Positions 55,394-64,000 of a stretch of DNA of 64,000 nt are shown here, piece after piece. The translations under genes were made by a program, and so were the position numbers. This DNA is from a virus. Lineage: Duplodnaviria; Caudoviricetes. The first letter of the stretch is position 1. Each line of letters opens with the position of its first letter. The stretch lies in the IMG/VR virus record IMGVR_UViG_3300046460_000097, one strand, 5' to 3'. Below the pieces are notes generated by a model. That model was not told the DNA's origin. It worked only from the letters and a program-made list of their open reading frames with translations, and ran no database searches.

Positions 55394-56290
55394 TTAAAGA
55401 ACGAGTTCGAGGATGAGACGTTGCGAAAGCACGGTGGCTCGCGGTGCAGAACCTCCTGGCGCGAAGATCTGACCGGGCTGACTGCCGTATTGACATGCGG
55501 CGTTAACACCGGTGAATTCAGCAAACACAGCGTTAACACCACCAGACTGAGTGAAATACGTGGAATCCACATAACTCGCAACATCGTTGCAAGGGAACGG
55601 ACTACCTTGGTTAAACATGCTGACGAAGCAGTGGAACCACTCGCTGTCGTAGTCCTTTGCAACACCGGTGTTGTAGACGTAATCAGCAGACGTTTGGCAG
55701 CGGGGCGTCCTGATAATGAAATCATGCTCCCCTTTGCTGAGGATTTTGAGTTGGTCTACCCCCGTCAAACCATGACCAGTTGCAGGACCGTTACCGGCAA
55801 CTCCATACATACACCCAGCGCTGTACAACTGGTTCCAGCTGATACCCAGGATATGGCGAAGAGGGGCAAACAGGATTTTACCCTTCAGGATAAACTTACC
55901 CCATTCACCTTGAGTGGCGTTAACGTTCCCGACACCGATCAACGCGTAGATCTCTTGGGTAAGCGCGACATCGGCGGCCTGCATCATCCCGAAGAACCCA
56001 CGTTCCCATGTACCGGATTGCAAGGTAGACGGGCCGGGGCCGGTGTAAGGCATATTGATCGCCACCTGTTGAGGGGTGTAAACGACCTCAGTACCTTTCT
56101 TCACCGCAATCACGTAGTAGTAGTACTTGTTCTGAATAGCTGTGGTGTCTTCGTATTGAAGCGAGCCGTCGGTGACCGTGCCGATCTTGTTGGTAGGGAT
56201 TTCACCATTAGCCAACTTGGTGTCTGAACGAAAGACTTGAACTTCATCGAACGTAGTGTTCGGATTAGCCCACTTGATTGTGATACTCAT
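55394..56290 (-). CDS. Virion protein: FN3/Ig-like N-domain plus a putative CLec-like domain
   Basis: IKW...VFRSD...YEDTT...YYYVI; YTGPGP linker; ISWNQLY domain. Confidence 0.65.
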   Translation of the reverse strand: MSITIKWANPNTTFDEVQVFRSDTKLANGEIPTNKIGTVTDGSLQYEDTTAIQNKYYYYVIAVKKGTEVVYTPQQVAINMPYTGPGPSTLQSGTWERGFFGMMQAADVALTQEIYALIGVGNVNATQGEWGKFILKGKILFAPLRHILGISWNQLYSAGCMYGVAGNGPATGHGLTGVDQLKILSKGEHDFIIRTPRCQTSADYVYNTGVAKDYDSEWFHCFVSMFNQGSPFPCNDVASYVDSTYFTQSGGVNAVFAEFTGVNAACQYGSQPGQIFAPGGSAPRATVLSQRLILELVL

Positions 56291-57246
56291 ACAACCACCT
56301 CAATACCCTTGTCAGGGATCATTTCCAGTACAGGTAGCCAAGAACAGGTAGTGTTCCACGGTTGAAGAACAAGCTTCTCCATGTCAGCCCCACTGGTTGG
56401 GGCCGTCGATGCCAGCGCACGGGCAAAACCAGTAGTCCCTTGCCTGGTGGAAGACGCAATTTCCCGACCGGAGTTCATTGCACTGTAGCCTATTGCGTGA
56501 GGGAGCTTAGGACACCGTGCACTAGGCGCAACATAGTTACTGATCATCGGGTGAATAAAGTCAGACACCTCACTGAAGCGGCGCAAACTATCCGCTGGTG
56601 AAGCTACGATAGTGTCGGTCGGATTGGCACGGTCATCAGCGCCCGTGGGAAGACGAACAATGAATTGATCGAAGCCCTTGGTAATGATCTTCCGCTGGTT
56701 GACCGGGGTGGTCGTAGTGGTGGGCATCCAAGGACCGTTATCATCCGTACCGAAATGCACGCCCGACTTGTAGAACACATCGTAAAGAACAGCGATGTGG
56801 ATAGGGGCGTTGGGGACGTAACAAATCTTCCCTCTCCGGATCCACTTGTTCCAAGTCGGGAGTGGGTTAGAAGTGTACGGCGACGGGGCGATCGTTAACA
56901 ACGCCATGAGGTCAGCCGGGAAAATGAAGTCTGTCGAGTTAACAGTCCCGAAGAACCCTAACTGGGTATCACCCCAAACCAGATCACGCGGCCCTGGGCC
57001 GTTGTTGTAATCGGCAACTACCTTAATCGGGTTAGAGTAAGCACTCTGTCCGCCGTTGACGGTTTCAAGGGTGTAGTAGTACGTGTTACGACGAACAACA
57101 GTTTCATCGGTCCACGTGGTGATCGCGCCATCGAGGGTTGCCAGTGCCGTCCCGAGCTGGTCGTTAGGCTTTTGTGTATCATTTCGATAAATCTTGGTGG
57201 TCACCGGAATCTGGTTACGGTTCAACCACTTGAGTTTAACGTACAT
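56287..57246 (-). CDS. Virion protein: FN3/Ig-like N-domain plus a putative CLec-like domain (paralog)
   Basis: LKW...IYRND...WTDET...YYYTL; NGPGP linker; SWLPVLE end. Confidence 0.65.
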   Translation of the reverse strand: MYVKLKWLNRNQIPVTTKIYRNDTQKPNDQLGTALATLDGAITTWTDETVVRRNTYYYTLETVNGGQSAYSNPIKVVADYNNGPGPRDLVWGDTQLGFFGTVNSTDFIFPADLMALLTIAPSPYTSNPLPTWNKWIRRGKICYVPNAPIHIAVLYDVFYKSGVHFGTDDNGPWMPTTTTTPVNQRKIITKGFDQFIVRLPTGADDRANPTDTIVASPADSLRRFSEVSDFIHPMISNYVAPSARCPKLPHAIGYSAMNSGREIASSTRQGTTGFARALASTAPTSGADMEKLVLQPWNTTCSWLPVLEMIPDKGIEVVV

Positions 57247-57256
57247 TAGTTATACC

Positions 57257-58228
57257 TCATGTGTACACGATGTCGGTTACCACTAGCTGGTTTAGTAGAC
57301 CAGTTTCTAGCTGTACTTCGGTCCGTTTAATTTTCAGTACCTGACTTGGGTACGTAACGTCAGTAACGACTGCTGGTTCATGAATGACGACCGTTGTAGT
57401 AGTCCCACGGTACTTGGCCAGTCCTACACTCTGGATGACGTCAGTGATTGATGCGGGTTGTAGCGGATCAAGCTGCGCTGCCAAATCGATATACGGCAAC
57501 AGCGGTAGTTCGTTCCCAGGAATCAACTCAAGTGCGGGAAGCCAATAGTTAAGCTCCGTCTTAGGTGAGGAATACGTATACGTGTTATCGACGTGTTGTG
57601 CGTATGACGGGCCGGCGACGTAGGTACGTTGTGTAGGAACCTTTCGGCCACCCCAAGCAAAGGAGCTAGCGGAGAAGATACCCCACTTAGGTCCGCTATA
57701 AGCAGCAGGAGCACCTTGTACCAGCGCGTAGATCAACTGCACGAATTCAGAGCCACTAATGTTAGCCCCAGCACCGGTTAACAATTGCTGCGAGCCTGAA
57801 CTGGTAGGGTCTGGGTTTGAATCGGCGGCAAACAAACGAACTTTTAGAACATCGGTTCCGACGTTCAAGATTTTAAACTGATTCGTCGGAGTAGCGGTTG
57901 GATAATTACCGTTGCTGTCCACACCGTAAACTAGACCGGCGTTGTACAACTGGTTCCAGCTGAGGTTGTAAGCAAGGGTGTTGGTTGGAAAATAAAGGAC
58001 CTTGCCTTTGTAGAACATCTTTACCCAGGTGTACGGTGCACCCTCGTCATTCCCGTTAAAGAAGTTAAACAAACTTCTTAGTTTTCCTAAGGTGACAAGT
58101 TCAGCTGGGGTAAGCGTTCCGAAGTAACCTAATTGTTCGTTGCCGTAAAGAAGGTTCTTCGAGCCAGGTCCGGAGTTAGGAAAATTCGTCTGACCTCTTG
58201 AACCTAACCCTACGAGTGCTTCAAACAT
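57257..58228 (-). CDS. Virion protein with one putative CLec-like domain
   Basis: SGPGS...GYFG...WVKM...LSWNQLY...YWLPALEL. Confidence 0.65.
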   Translation of the reverse strand: MFEALVGLGSRGQTNFPNSGPGSKNLLYGNEQLGYFGTLTPAELVTLGKLRSLFNFFNGNDEGAPYTWVKMFYKGKVLYFPTNTLAYNLSWNQLYNAGLVYGVDSNGNYPTATPTNQFKILNVGTDVLKVRLFAADSNPDPTSSGSQQLLTGAGANISGSEFVQLIYALVQGAPAAYSGPKWGIFSASSFAWGGRKVPTQRTYVAGPSYAQHVDNTYTYSSPKTELNYWLPALELIPGNELPLLPYIDLAAQLDPLQPASITDVIQSVGLAKYRGTTTTVVIHEPAVVTDVTYPSQVLKIKRTEVQLETGLLNQLVVTDIVYT

Positions 58229-58260
58229 GATGCGACTCCTCTAAAATAAACACACGAGAA

Positions 58261-58280
58261 CCTCCCCCGTTAAAGGGAGG
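58261..58280 (-). terminator. Intergenic hairpin after the fibre gene
   Basis: CCTCCC/GGGAGG stem, same arms as the 50681 and 52956 hairpins. Confidence 0.55.
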
Positions 58281-58297
58281 CTCTGTGCGCTAATGGG

Positions 58298-61200
58298 TTA
58301 AGGCACTACTGCGCCTGCTGCACCCACCCACTCAACACCATCCCAGGTGAAGGTAAGGTAAGTGCGGCTACCGGTCAGAGCAGGAGGAGACCCCGTGTTC
58401 CAGACCAGAGCGGTAGCCCCAGTAGGAGCGAAGGTAATGACACCTGCAGCACCGTTGACTTTCACTACCACAACCAACGCACGAGCACCGTTTGGACTAG
58501 CAGTCTTCGGACCGTCCGCCAGCGTGATGGTTTTGGCAGTTGCACCGGAGTTATCGATCCGGCAGAACAGGTTAACGTTCGGGTCGATGCCACCAGTCGC
58601 AGACAGGGCCAGAATCGGCACGTCGTAACGGTCGAAGGAGACCCAGCCAGTGCCTTTGTAGACGTATTGCTTACCGTCGTTCGCAGGCGCTGCGATACCT
58701 TGAGCTGGCAGAACCACCCAAGTCTTGTCGCCCTTACGGACATACAAGTTGCTGTCCGTTGGGACGTCAGCGAAGCCAGGTACGAATGCAGTGATCTGCG
58801 CCTGGATTTTGCCGAAGGCCGTGAGGACCGTGTCAGCAGCAGTGATAGCACCACCAGTACCGAAGGAGACACCAGCCAGCGTAACTGCACGCACACGAGC
58901 AGGGGTGTGGTAGAGGTTAGTCGTACCTTCAGCTACGGCGTCTGTAGTTCCAGGCGAAGCTACCAGTCCAATGTAAACAGAACCAGTCCAGCGGAACTGT
59001 GCGTTGGTTGCGAGGGAGATGTAGATCTTCCCTGTTTCACCCGTTGCAGGGAATGCCGCTTGGTTAGCAAACTCCAGAACGTCATCGACGTAGCTAGGCA
59101 ACTGACCTGCTGGGATCTTGCCAGCAACCAGAGTCGGAACACTAACACCCAACTCAGCAACCGGAACACCACCCAAGCTGGTAATCGTAGGAACGTTATA
59201 CTGCAGCCAAGTGTGGTCACCTTTACGCAGGTAGGTGTTGCTGTCCGTAGGAACGTCAGCGAACCCTGGGAATGGCAGTTCAACCCACTCACCTTCGTTG
59301 TCGGTGTTACCATCCTTGAGAGAACGGACGTACATCTTGCCCGGTTCCATGTCTGGCACTTCGTCAACCGGCAGTACGATCCACTCGTTGCCCAGACGTA
59401 CAGCCTTACCGAAGGACAGCAGCGGCGAGTTAACATCACCCGCAACCAGTTGACCCCAGTACTGCCAGCCGCCTACAGCAGACTTGTAGTAGACCTTGAA
59501 GGTATCCGACACAGCCCAGTCACCGATGTTACCGGTGAAACCTGCACCCGGTTCATCAACACCAGCAGGCAGAGTAATCCAGACGGAGCCTTTATCACCC
59601 TTGTCGCCTTTCTTGCCGATACCGATAGGGCCTTGAACACCTTGAACACCCTGAGGACCACGAACCAGACCGATGTCGATCCACTTGCCGCCTTCAGCAG
59701 TAGTCCAGATAGCCAGGTTGTTACCAACCAGATAGCCATCGCCCAGTGTACCGGTCGGATGAGCAGCAGCCAGATCACCGATGGTGTTGTACGCACCCAA
59801 GATCTGGATGGACGTACCTGGATCGCCCTTCTCACCGTTTTCACCTGGAGGACCCTCTGGACCGGTGATGTCGAATGGACCTTCCCACTCGCCTTCAGTC
59901 AGAACGTAGAGTTCCTTGGTGCTGACGATGAACCAGCCGTCACCATTCTGAGCACCCTGTTGGATGCTAGGCAGGTATTGAGGACCAGCCACGTAACCAC
60001 GCAGGTTGATACCGGTACCTTGGTCACCTTTAGGGCCAGGAGCGCCCACAGGACCACAGTCAACCCACACACCGCCCAAGGAGATGAACAGGATGTTGTT
60101 CAGGTCGACGTAAGCCTTACCTGGGTTGGTCACTGGATCTGGAACTTCTTCGTTACCAGGAGTCAGGATCTTGATGATCGTGATCGAGGAGCCGTTAGCA
60201 CCAGGAGAACCGTTCTCACCGTCAGCGCCTTTGAAGGAACCCAGCGCTACCCAGTTACCGCCGATCTGAGCATACAGGGTGTTGGTGTCACGTACAGCCC
60301 ATACATCTTGTTCCGCTGGAGAAGCCGGCAGTGCGGTGTAAGTAGCAACCGAACCCTTAACGATGATGTTGGTACCGTTGGTACCGTTGGTGCCTTTCAG
60401 CGAAGCCAAGAACTCAGCCGACGAACCGGTGAAGCCCTGAGACAGCCACAGTTGGTAAGTAGACTGCCCGCGGAAAGGACCAACGTCTACCCAGTTACCG
60501 CCGGTGAGAACATGCAGGTGACCGTCGTCATCGGTAACGTAACCATCCTGCTCTACCGGGTTAACGATGTTACCCAGTTGAGGAGCGTTGGCGACAGTGC
60601 CTTTAACGTTCAGGTTCTGACCGCGTGGACCTTCTGGACCCGGAACAACAGAGTGCAACGAAGTCAACCACTGTTGCAGTGTGCCGCCGTAACCGTCAGT
60701 GACAGCGAGATCGTAAGCAGACAGACCGCCTACAGAACCCAAGTCGACATATTCGCCCGGATCAGTTACCCAGACGTACAGGTGGCTACCAACGTACCAA
60801 GCCTCGGTTGGAGTACCCGGAGTTGGCAGAGCTGCTTCGTTAACCTTGGAGCCCTTAACTTCGAACGGGGCACGAGCAGGACCTTCAGGACCTTCAGGAC
60901 CTGGAGTGATCGAAACCAGACTGGCGAGGAATGCGTCTTCGTCACCAACACCACCTCGGTCTTTCCAGATCTGGTAAGCGGACTTACCAATCAGAGTCGC
61001 CAGCCATTGAGGCTTGGTACCCACGAAACCTGTTTCAACAGCCGTGTCATAGGCACTTTGACCTTCAGGGCCTTCCAGACCGATGGAGTTCCAAACTGGA
61101 TCCAGGTCAGGATCGCTGCCGTCACCACCCGGGATCAGCAACCACAGGTCGCTCTTCCAGATGTAGGCATCACCGATGGTCGAAGACTGCCACGCAGGAA

Positions 61201-62674
61201 GCGCAGAGCCATCAGGCCATGTACCCAGCAGGGTAACACCGCGTTGACCCAGCAGAGAACCAGAGCTTGGCCAGTCAGTGCCGTTCCAGATACGCAGAGC
61301 ACCTTGAACGAAGTACGCAGTACCGATAGCCAAGCCCGCAGTTGGGATGGCGTCCAGCGCTGCTTCGTTGTCCAGTGTACCCACGAGGGTAATAGCGCCA
61401 GCATCACCTTTAACACCTTTCAGGCTGGCGATGAACTGTGCTTCGGTACCGCTGTTGCCCAGATCTTTCCAGGACTGGTACGCCGACTTGCCGATCAGGC
61501 TGGTCAGGTACTCAGACTGAGTGCCAGGGAAGCCAGCAGCTTTCGCGAGGTCATACGCGGACAGCCCGTCATCACCTTTAAGACCGATGGTTACCCAACC
61601 TTCAACAGGGATGAGCATCCAGATGTCTTTCTTCCAGTAGTACGCATCGCCAATCTCGTTGGCATCTACGGCAGGAAGAGGAACAGCGTCAGGCCATTGA
61701 CCCAGAACAGTGATACCACGTTTGCCCAACAGCGAGTTGGAATGGATCCACTCGTCGCCGTTCCACACGGACATACCGGCAGCAACGAAGTACGCATCAC
61801 CAACCGACAGACCGGCTGTAGGGATCGCGTCGAGGTCTTCGAAGTTGTTCAGCGTACCCAACAGCAGGATGGAGCCGGATTCGCCATTAGTGCCCTTCAG
61901 GGACTCTAGGAACTCGGCTTCGGTGCCAGCAGGGTGACCGTTGTCTTTCCACGTTTGATACGCGGACTTACCAACGAGGGTCAGGAGCCATTCGGCTTCA
62001 GTGCCGCTGTTGCCTTGACCGAGCCAGATTTGGTAAGCAGTCTTGCCAACCAAGCTGGCAGCGAACTCTGCTTCAGTGCCAGTGTTGCCTTGGTCTTTCC
62101 AAGACTGGTAAGCACTCTTACCTACGAGGCTAACAAGCCACTGTGGTTTGGTGCCAGAGAAGCCACCTGCAACAGCGATGTCGTAAGCACTGTCACCGGT
62201 GTCGCCTTTCAGACCGATAGTGACCCAGTCATCCGGTTCAGGGATAAGGAGCCAGATGTCGCTCTTCCAGATGTAGGCGTCGCCCACTTCGTTGTTGTCG
62301 CGGGTAGGCAGCGCCAAACCATCTGGCCAGCGACCCAGCAGGGTGATACCGCGCGGACCGAGCAGGGAACCGGAGTCTACCCATTCGATCATGTTCCAGA
62401 CGCAGAGAGACGACTCAACAAAGTAAGCATCACCTTTCTTGAGGTCTTCGGTTGGAATGGCGTCCAGATCCGCGTGAGTGTTCAGCGTACCGATGACGTT
62501 GAGGCCACCAACGATCAGCGCAGCGAGCTGGGCTTTCAGGTAGTCGGTACGCGCAGCCAACGCGACGGCCTGTTTGTTAGAAGGAGCGGCCTCGTCGCCG
62601 CCCTTTACGTCTTCTCCCTCCGCCAAAAGCGGTACGGCGGGAAAAGTGTCGGGTTTTTCCGTGATGTCAGTCAT
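58298..62674 (-). CDS. Collagen-like repeat fibre/whisker protein with foldon-like motifs (1458 aa)
   Basis: Gly-X-Y runs (GPEGPEGP, GVQGVQGPIG), GKSAYQxW repeats, three ~170-aa tandem units, foldon-like GFADVPTDSNxYxRK and APANDGKQYVYK. Confidence 0.85.
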   Translation of the reverse strand: MTDITEKPDTFPAVPLLAEGEDVKGGDEAAPSNKQAVALAARTDYLKAQLAALIVGGLNVIGTLNTHADLDAIPTEDLKKGDAYFVESSLCVWNMIEWVDSGSLLGPRGITLLGRWPDGLALPTRDNNEVGDAYIWKSDIWLLIPEPDDWVTIGLKGDTGDSAYDIAVAGGFSGTKPQWLVSLVGKSAYQSWKDQGNTGTEAEFAASLVGKTAYQIWLGQGNSGTEAEWLLTLVGKSAYQTWKDNGHPAGTEAEFLESLKGTNGESGSILLLGTLNNFEDLDAIPTAGLSVGDAYFVAAGMSVWNGDEWIHSNSLLGKRGITVLGQWPDAVPLPAVDANEIGDAYYWKKDIWMLIPVEGWVTIGLKGDDGLSAYDLAKAAGFPGTQSEYLTSLIGKSAYQSWKDLGNSGTEAQFIASLKGVKGDAGAITLVGTLDNEAALDAIPTAGLAIGTAYFVQGALRIWNGTDWPSSGSLLGQRGVTLLGTWPDGSALPAWQSSTIGDAYIWKSDLWLLIPGGDGSDPDLDPVWNSIGLEGPEGQSAYDTAVETGFVGTKPQWLATLIGKSAYQIWKDRGGVGDEDAFLASLVSITPGPEGPEGPARAPFEVKGSKVNEAALPTPGTPTEAWYVGSHLYVWVTDPGEYVDLGSVGGLSAYDLAVTDGYGGTLQQWLTSLHSVVPGPEGPRGQNLNVKGTVANAPQLGNIVNPVEQDGYVTDDDGHLHVLTGGNWVDVGPFRGQSTYQLWLSQGFTGSSAEFLASLKGTNGTNGTNIIVKGSVATYTALPASPAEQDVWAVRDTNTLYAQIGGNWVALGSFKGADGENGSPGANGSSITIIKILTPGNEEVPDPVTNPGKAYVDLNNILFISLGGVWVDCGPVGAPGPKGDQGTGINLRGYVAGPQYLPSIQQGAQNGDGWFIVSTKELYVLTEGEWEGPFDITGPEGPPGENGEKGDPGTSIQILGAYNTIGDLAAAHPTGTLGDGYLVGNNLAIWTTAEGGKWIDIGLVRGPQGVQGVQGPIGIGKKGDKGDKGSVWITLPAGVDEPGAGFTGNIGDWAVSDTFKVYYKSAVGGWQYWGQLVAGDVNSPLLSFGKAVRLGNEWIVLPVDEVPDMEPGKMYVRSLKDGNTDNEGEWVELPFPGFADVPTDSNTYLRKGDHTWLQYNVPTITSLGGVPVAELGVSVPTLVAGKIPAGQLPSYVDDVLEFANQAAFPATGETGKIYISLATNAQFRWTGSVYIGLVASPGTTDAVAEGTTNLYHTPARVRAVTLAGVSFGTGGAITAADTVLTAFGKIQAQITAFVPGFADVPTDSNLYVRKGDKTWVVLPAQGIAAPANDGKQYVYKGTGWVSFDRYDVPILALSATGGIDPNVNLFCRIDNSGATAKTITLADGPKTASPNGARALVVVVKVNGAAGVITFAPTGATALVWNTGSPPALTGSRTYLTFTWDGVEWVGAAGAVVP

Positions 62675-62684
62675 AACTCAACCT

Positions 62685-63263
62685 TTAATAAGTGATAGTA
62701 CCGTCGTGTTTGTAAGTACCGTCGTATTTCTTGGCGCCTGTTGGATTAGCTTCGACGATGGTAAGCGTCCCTACCACGGTATGTGAATCGATGGTCGCCG
62801 TAGTGACATCGAAGTCAACAGTGATTTCCGTATCGAGCAAAGCGTACTGACAACTGTTCTTGATGATCGACTTAACCATCACAGGAGACAGATCCCCATT
62901 GCTAACAAGAATTGCTCCTGTCGTGCTACCGCCCTCTCCTGACAAGAGGTAAAAGCCCTGCATGCCTTTTGTCTTTAGAACCTCGAGGGTGAGAGGTCCC
63001 GGCTCGATCGGGTTTGCAATACCGTCATCGCTATACGTAGCGGGGGTATATTTCTGGTCTACACCAGTGAAAAGATTTGGGGAATCGACGTCCACCAAAT
63101 AACTGATAATGCCTGCATTCACCGCTTTCCGAAAGTTGGTGAACGCTACAGTGCCGAGTGTCAGGGTTGAGAGTGCATTTACGAAGTCGTGTTCATCCTT
63201 ATATCGTTCCTGGTTATAAGCGATGAACCTGTCCAAAAACAGTTGATCATTTGGAAAGGCCAT
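62685..63263 (-). CDS. Putative virion structural/adaptor protein, paralog of 42547..43128
   Basis: First gene of the fibre operon; TATG motif on the minus strand at about 63298-63301. Confidence 0.6.
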   Translation of the reverse strand: MAFPNDQLFLDRFIAYNQERYKDEHDFVNALSTLTLGTVAFTNFRKAVNAGIISYLVDVDSPNLFTGVDQKYTPATYSDDGIANPIEPGPLTLEVLKTKGMQGFYLLSGEGGSTTGAILVSNGDLSPVMVKSIIKNSCQYALLDTEITVDFDVTTATIDSHTVVGTLTIVEANPTGAKKYDGTYKHDGTITY

Positions 63264-63354
63264 ATTAAATTCCACGGTAATGTCAGGGGTGGTAGATCAT
63301 AAAATTGGGAAATAGAATAATGGTGTTAAATTACTTTATAACCGTTTTCACAAC

Positions 63355-63362
63355 TATATTAC
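63355..63362 (+). promoter_or_regulatory. Phage early promoter core
   Basis: CTATATTACTAGGGTAG after a T-tract. Confidence 0.8.
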
Positions 63363-63411
63363 TAGGGTAGATAACAGAAATTCGATTCTCTCCTCAAAAA
63401 GGAATATCTGC

Positions 63412-63915
63412 ATGCTGACTCCATCGCAAGAACTATTGGCTATTCTTCCTTACTACCCAATCGAGATTGACAATCGGGTTTACTTCCCGACTCATGTTGG
63501 TCACCCAGCGGGTACCTTCCGAGTGGGTAAACTCGGCGACGCTGTATGGTACGTGGACATCCGTTCGCGTAAACCTTACTACCGTTCGTTGGCCGAACTG
63601 CAACATCGGGCGTTCCCTGTTGATCGTGAGAAGCTTCAGGAGGAACTGGACTTCCTAGCACGCGACGAGTACAAGGCGGTTCCTATTCACTTCCATGGTG
63701 AGTTGCATCCTGTGGTGTTGGTAACACGGGCTAGTCGTGGTGTGGTTGATGGGTTAACCAATCCTGAGATCACCACCATCGGGGTGACTACCAAGGGTGT
63801 TCCTCTGGACGCTGCTGCGGGGTCTGTCAAGGTAGCTGCTGCATTGGTACAGAACAAGTGGTTCAAGGGATTCCTCCGACTACCACTCATTTTGGAAGAA
63901 ACTATTTATAAATAA
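63412..63915 (+). CDS. Hypothetical protein (167 aa)
   Basis: AAGGA RBS; first gene after the early promoter. Confidence 0.75.
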   Translation: MLTPSQELLAILPYYPIEIDNRVYFPTHVGHPAGTFRVGKLGDAVWYVDIRSRKPYYRSLAELQHRAFPVDREKLQEELDFLARDEYKAVPIHFHGELHPVVLVTRASRGVVDGLTNPEITTIGVTTKGVPLDAAAGSVKVAAALVQNKWFKGFLRLPLILEETIYK

Positions 63916-63924
63916 GGGGGCGTC

Positions 63925-64000
63925 ATGGGCGAAGTAGTTCAATACGCTGAGATGGTTAAACGTCGTGCCAATAAACAAGGTGGGCGTGACTTTACTCCGG
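63925..64000 (+). CDS. Partial ORF running off the window end
   Basis: AAGGGGG RBS, ATG 63925, open to the end. Confidence 0.55.
   Translation, partial: MGEVVQYAEMVKRRANKQGGRDFTP

Noticed and set aside
54821-56227. 468-aa plus-strand ORF and other long antisense ORFs (15913..17496, 23947..25083, 40993..42249, 51707..52795)
   Set aside because: They lie fully opposite well-supported genes, lack convincing RBSs and have atypical composition.
49758-58228. Possible diversity-generating retroelement acting on the CLec-like domains
   Set aside because: No reverse transcriptase, and I found no near-identical template/variable repeat pair differing only at adenines in this window. A distant element elsewhere in the genome cannot be excluded.
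58667-61909. 1080-aa plus-strand ORF
   Set aside because: Antisense shadow of the collagen-like fibre gene. Biased codon use on the coding strand depletes stops on the other, and the translation has no recognisable motifs.
1-64000. tRNA, rRNA or CRISPR array
   Set aside because: Intergenic gaps are short and explained by hairpins and promoters; I saw no cloverleaf or regularly spaced repeats.

Overview
This window is a 64 kb slice of a phiKZ-related jumbo phage genome. The mix of GroEL, NAD-dependent ligase, spike-SbcC gene pair and TATATTAC promoters fits the EL/OBP side of the Chimalliviridae; a Pseudomonas host is inferred, not shown. Layout: 1-9.5 kb holds three paralogous tail/baseplate fibre proteins and the central spike. 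9.5-21 kb is nucleic-acid metabolism: SbcC-like ATPase, two tandem nucleotidyltransferase-like genes, LigA, a KH-domain fusion, RNase HI, a DHH phosphoesterase and an Acb1-like 2H phosphoesterase. 21-49.7 kb is dense early/accessory genes, mostly hypothetical, with several paralog families, a GNAT, secreted proteins and GroEL, punctuated by terminator-plus-early-promoter cassettes. 49.7-63.3 kb is a minus-strand virion module: a collagen/foldon fibre, seven copies of a putative C-type-lectin-like domain and two Kelch propellers. The most unusual signals are an exact EF-Tu decapeptide at a protein N-terminus, a degenerate PNPase-type KH domain, an apparently active/inactive nucleotidyltransferase pair and the multi-adhesin fibre cassette. 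I saw no tRNA, rRNA, CRISPR array, integrase or reverse transcriptase. All homology calls come from motif recognition, not database searches.
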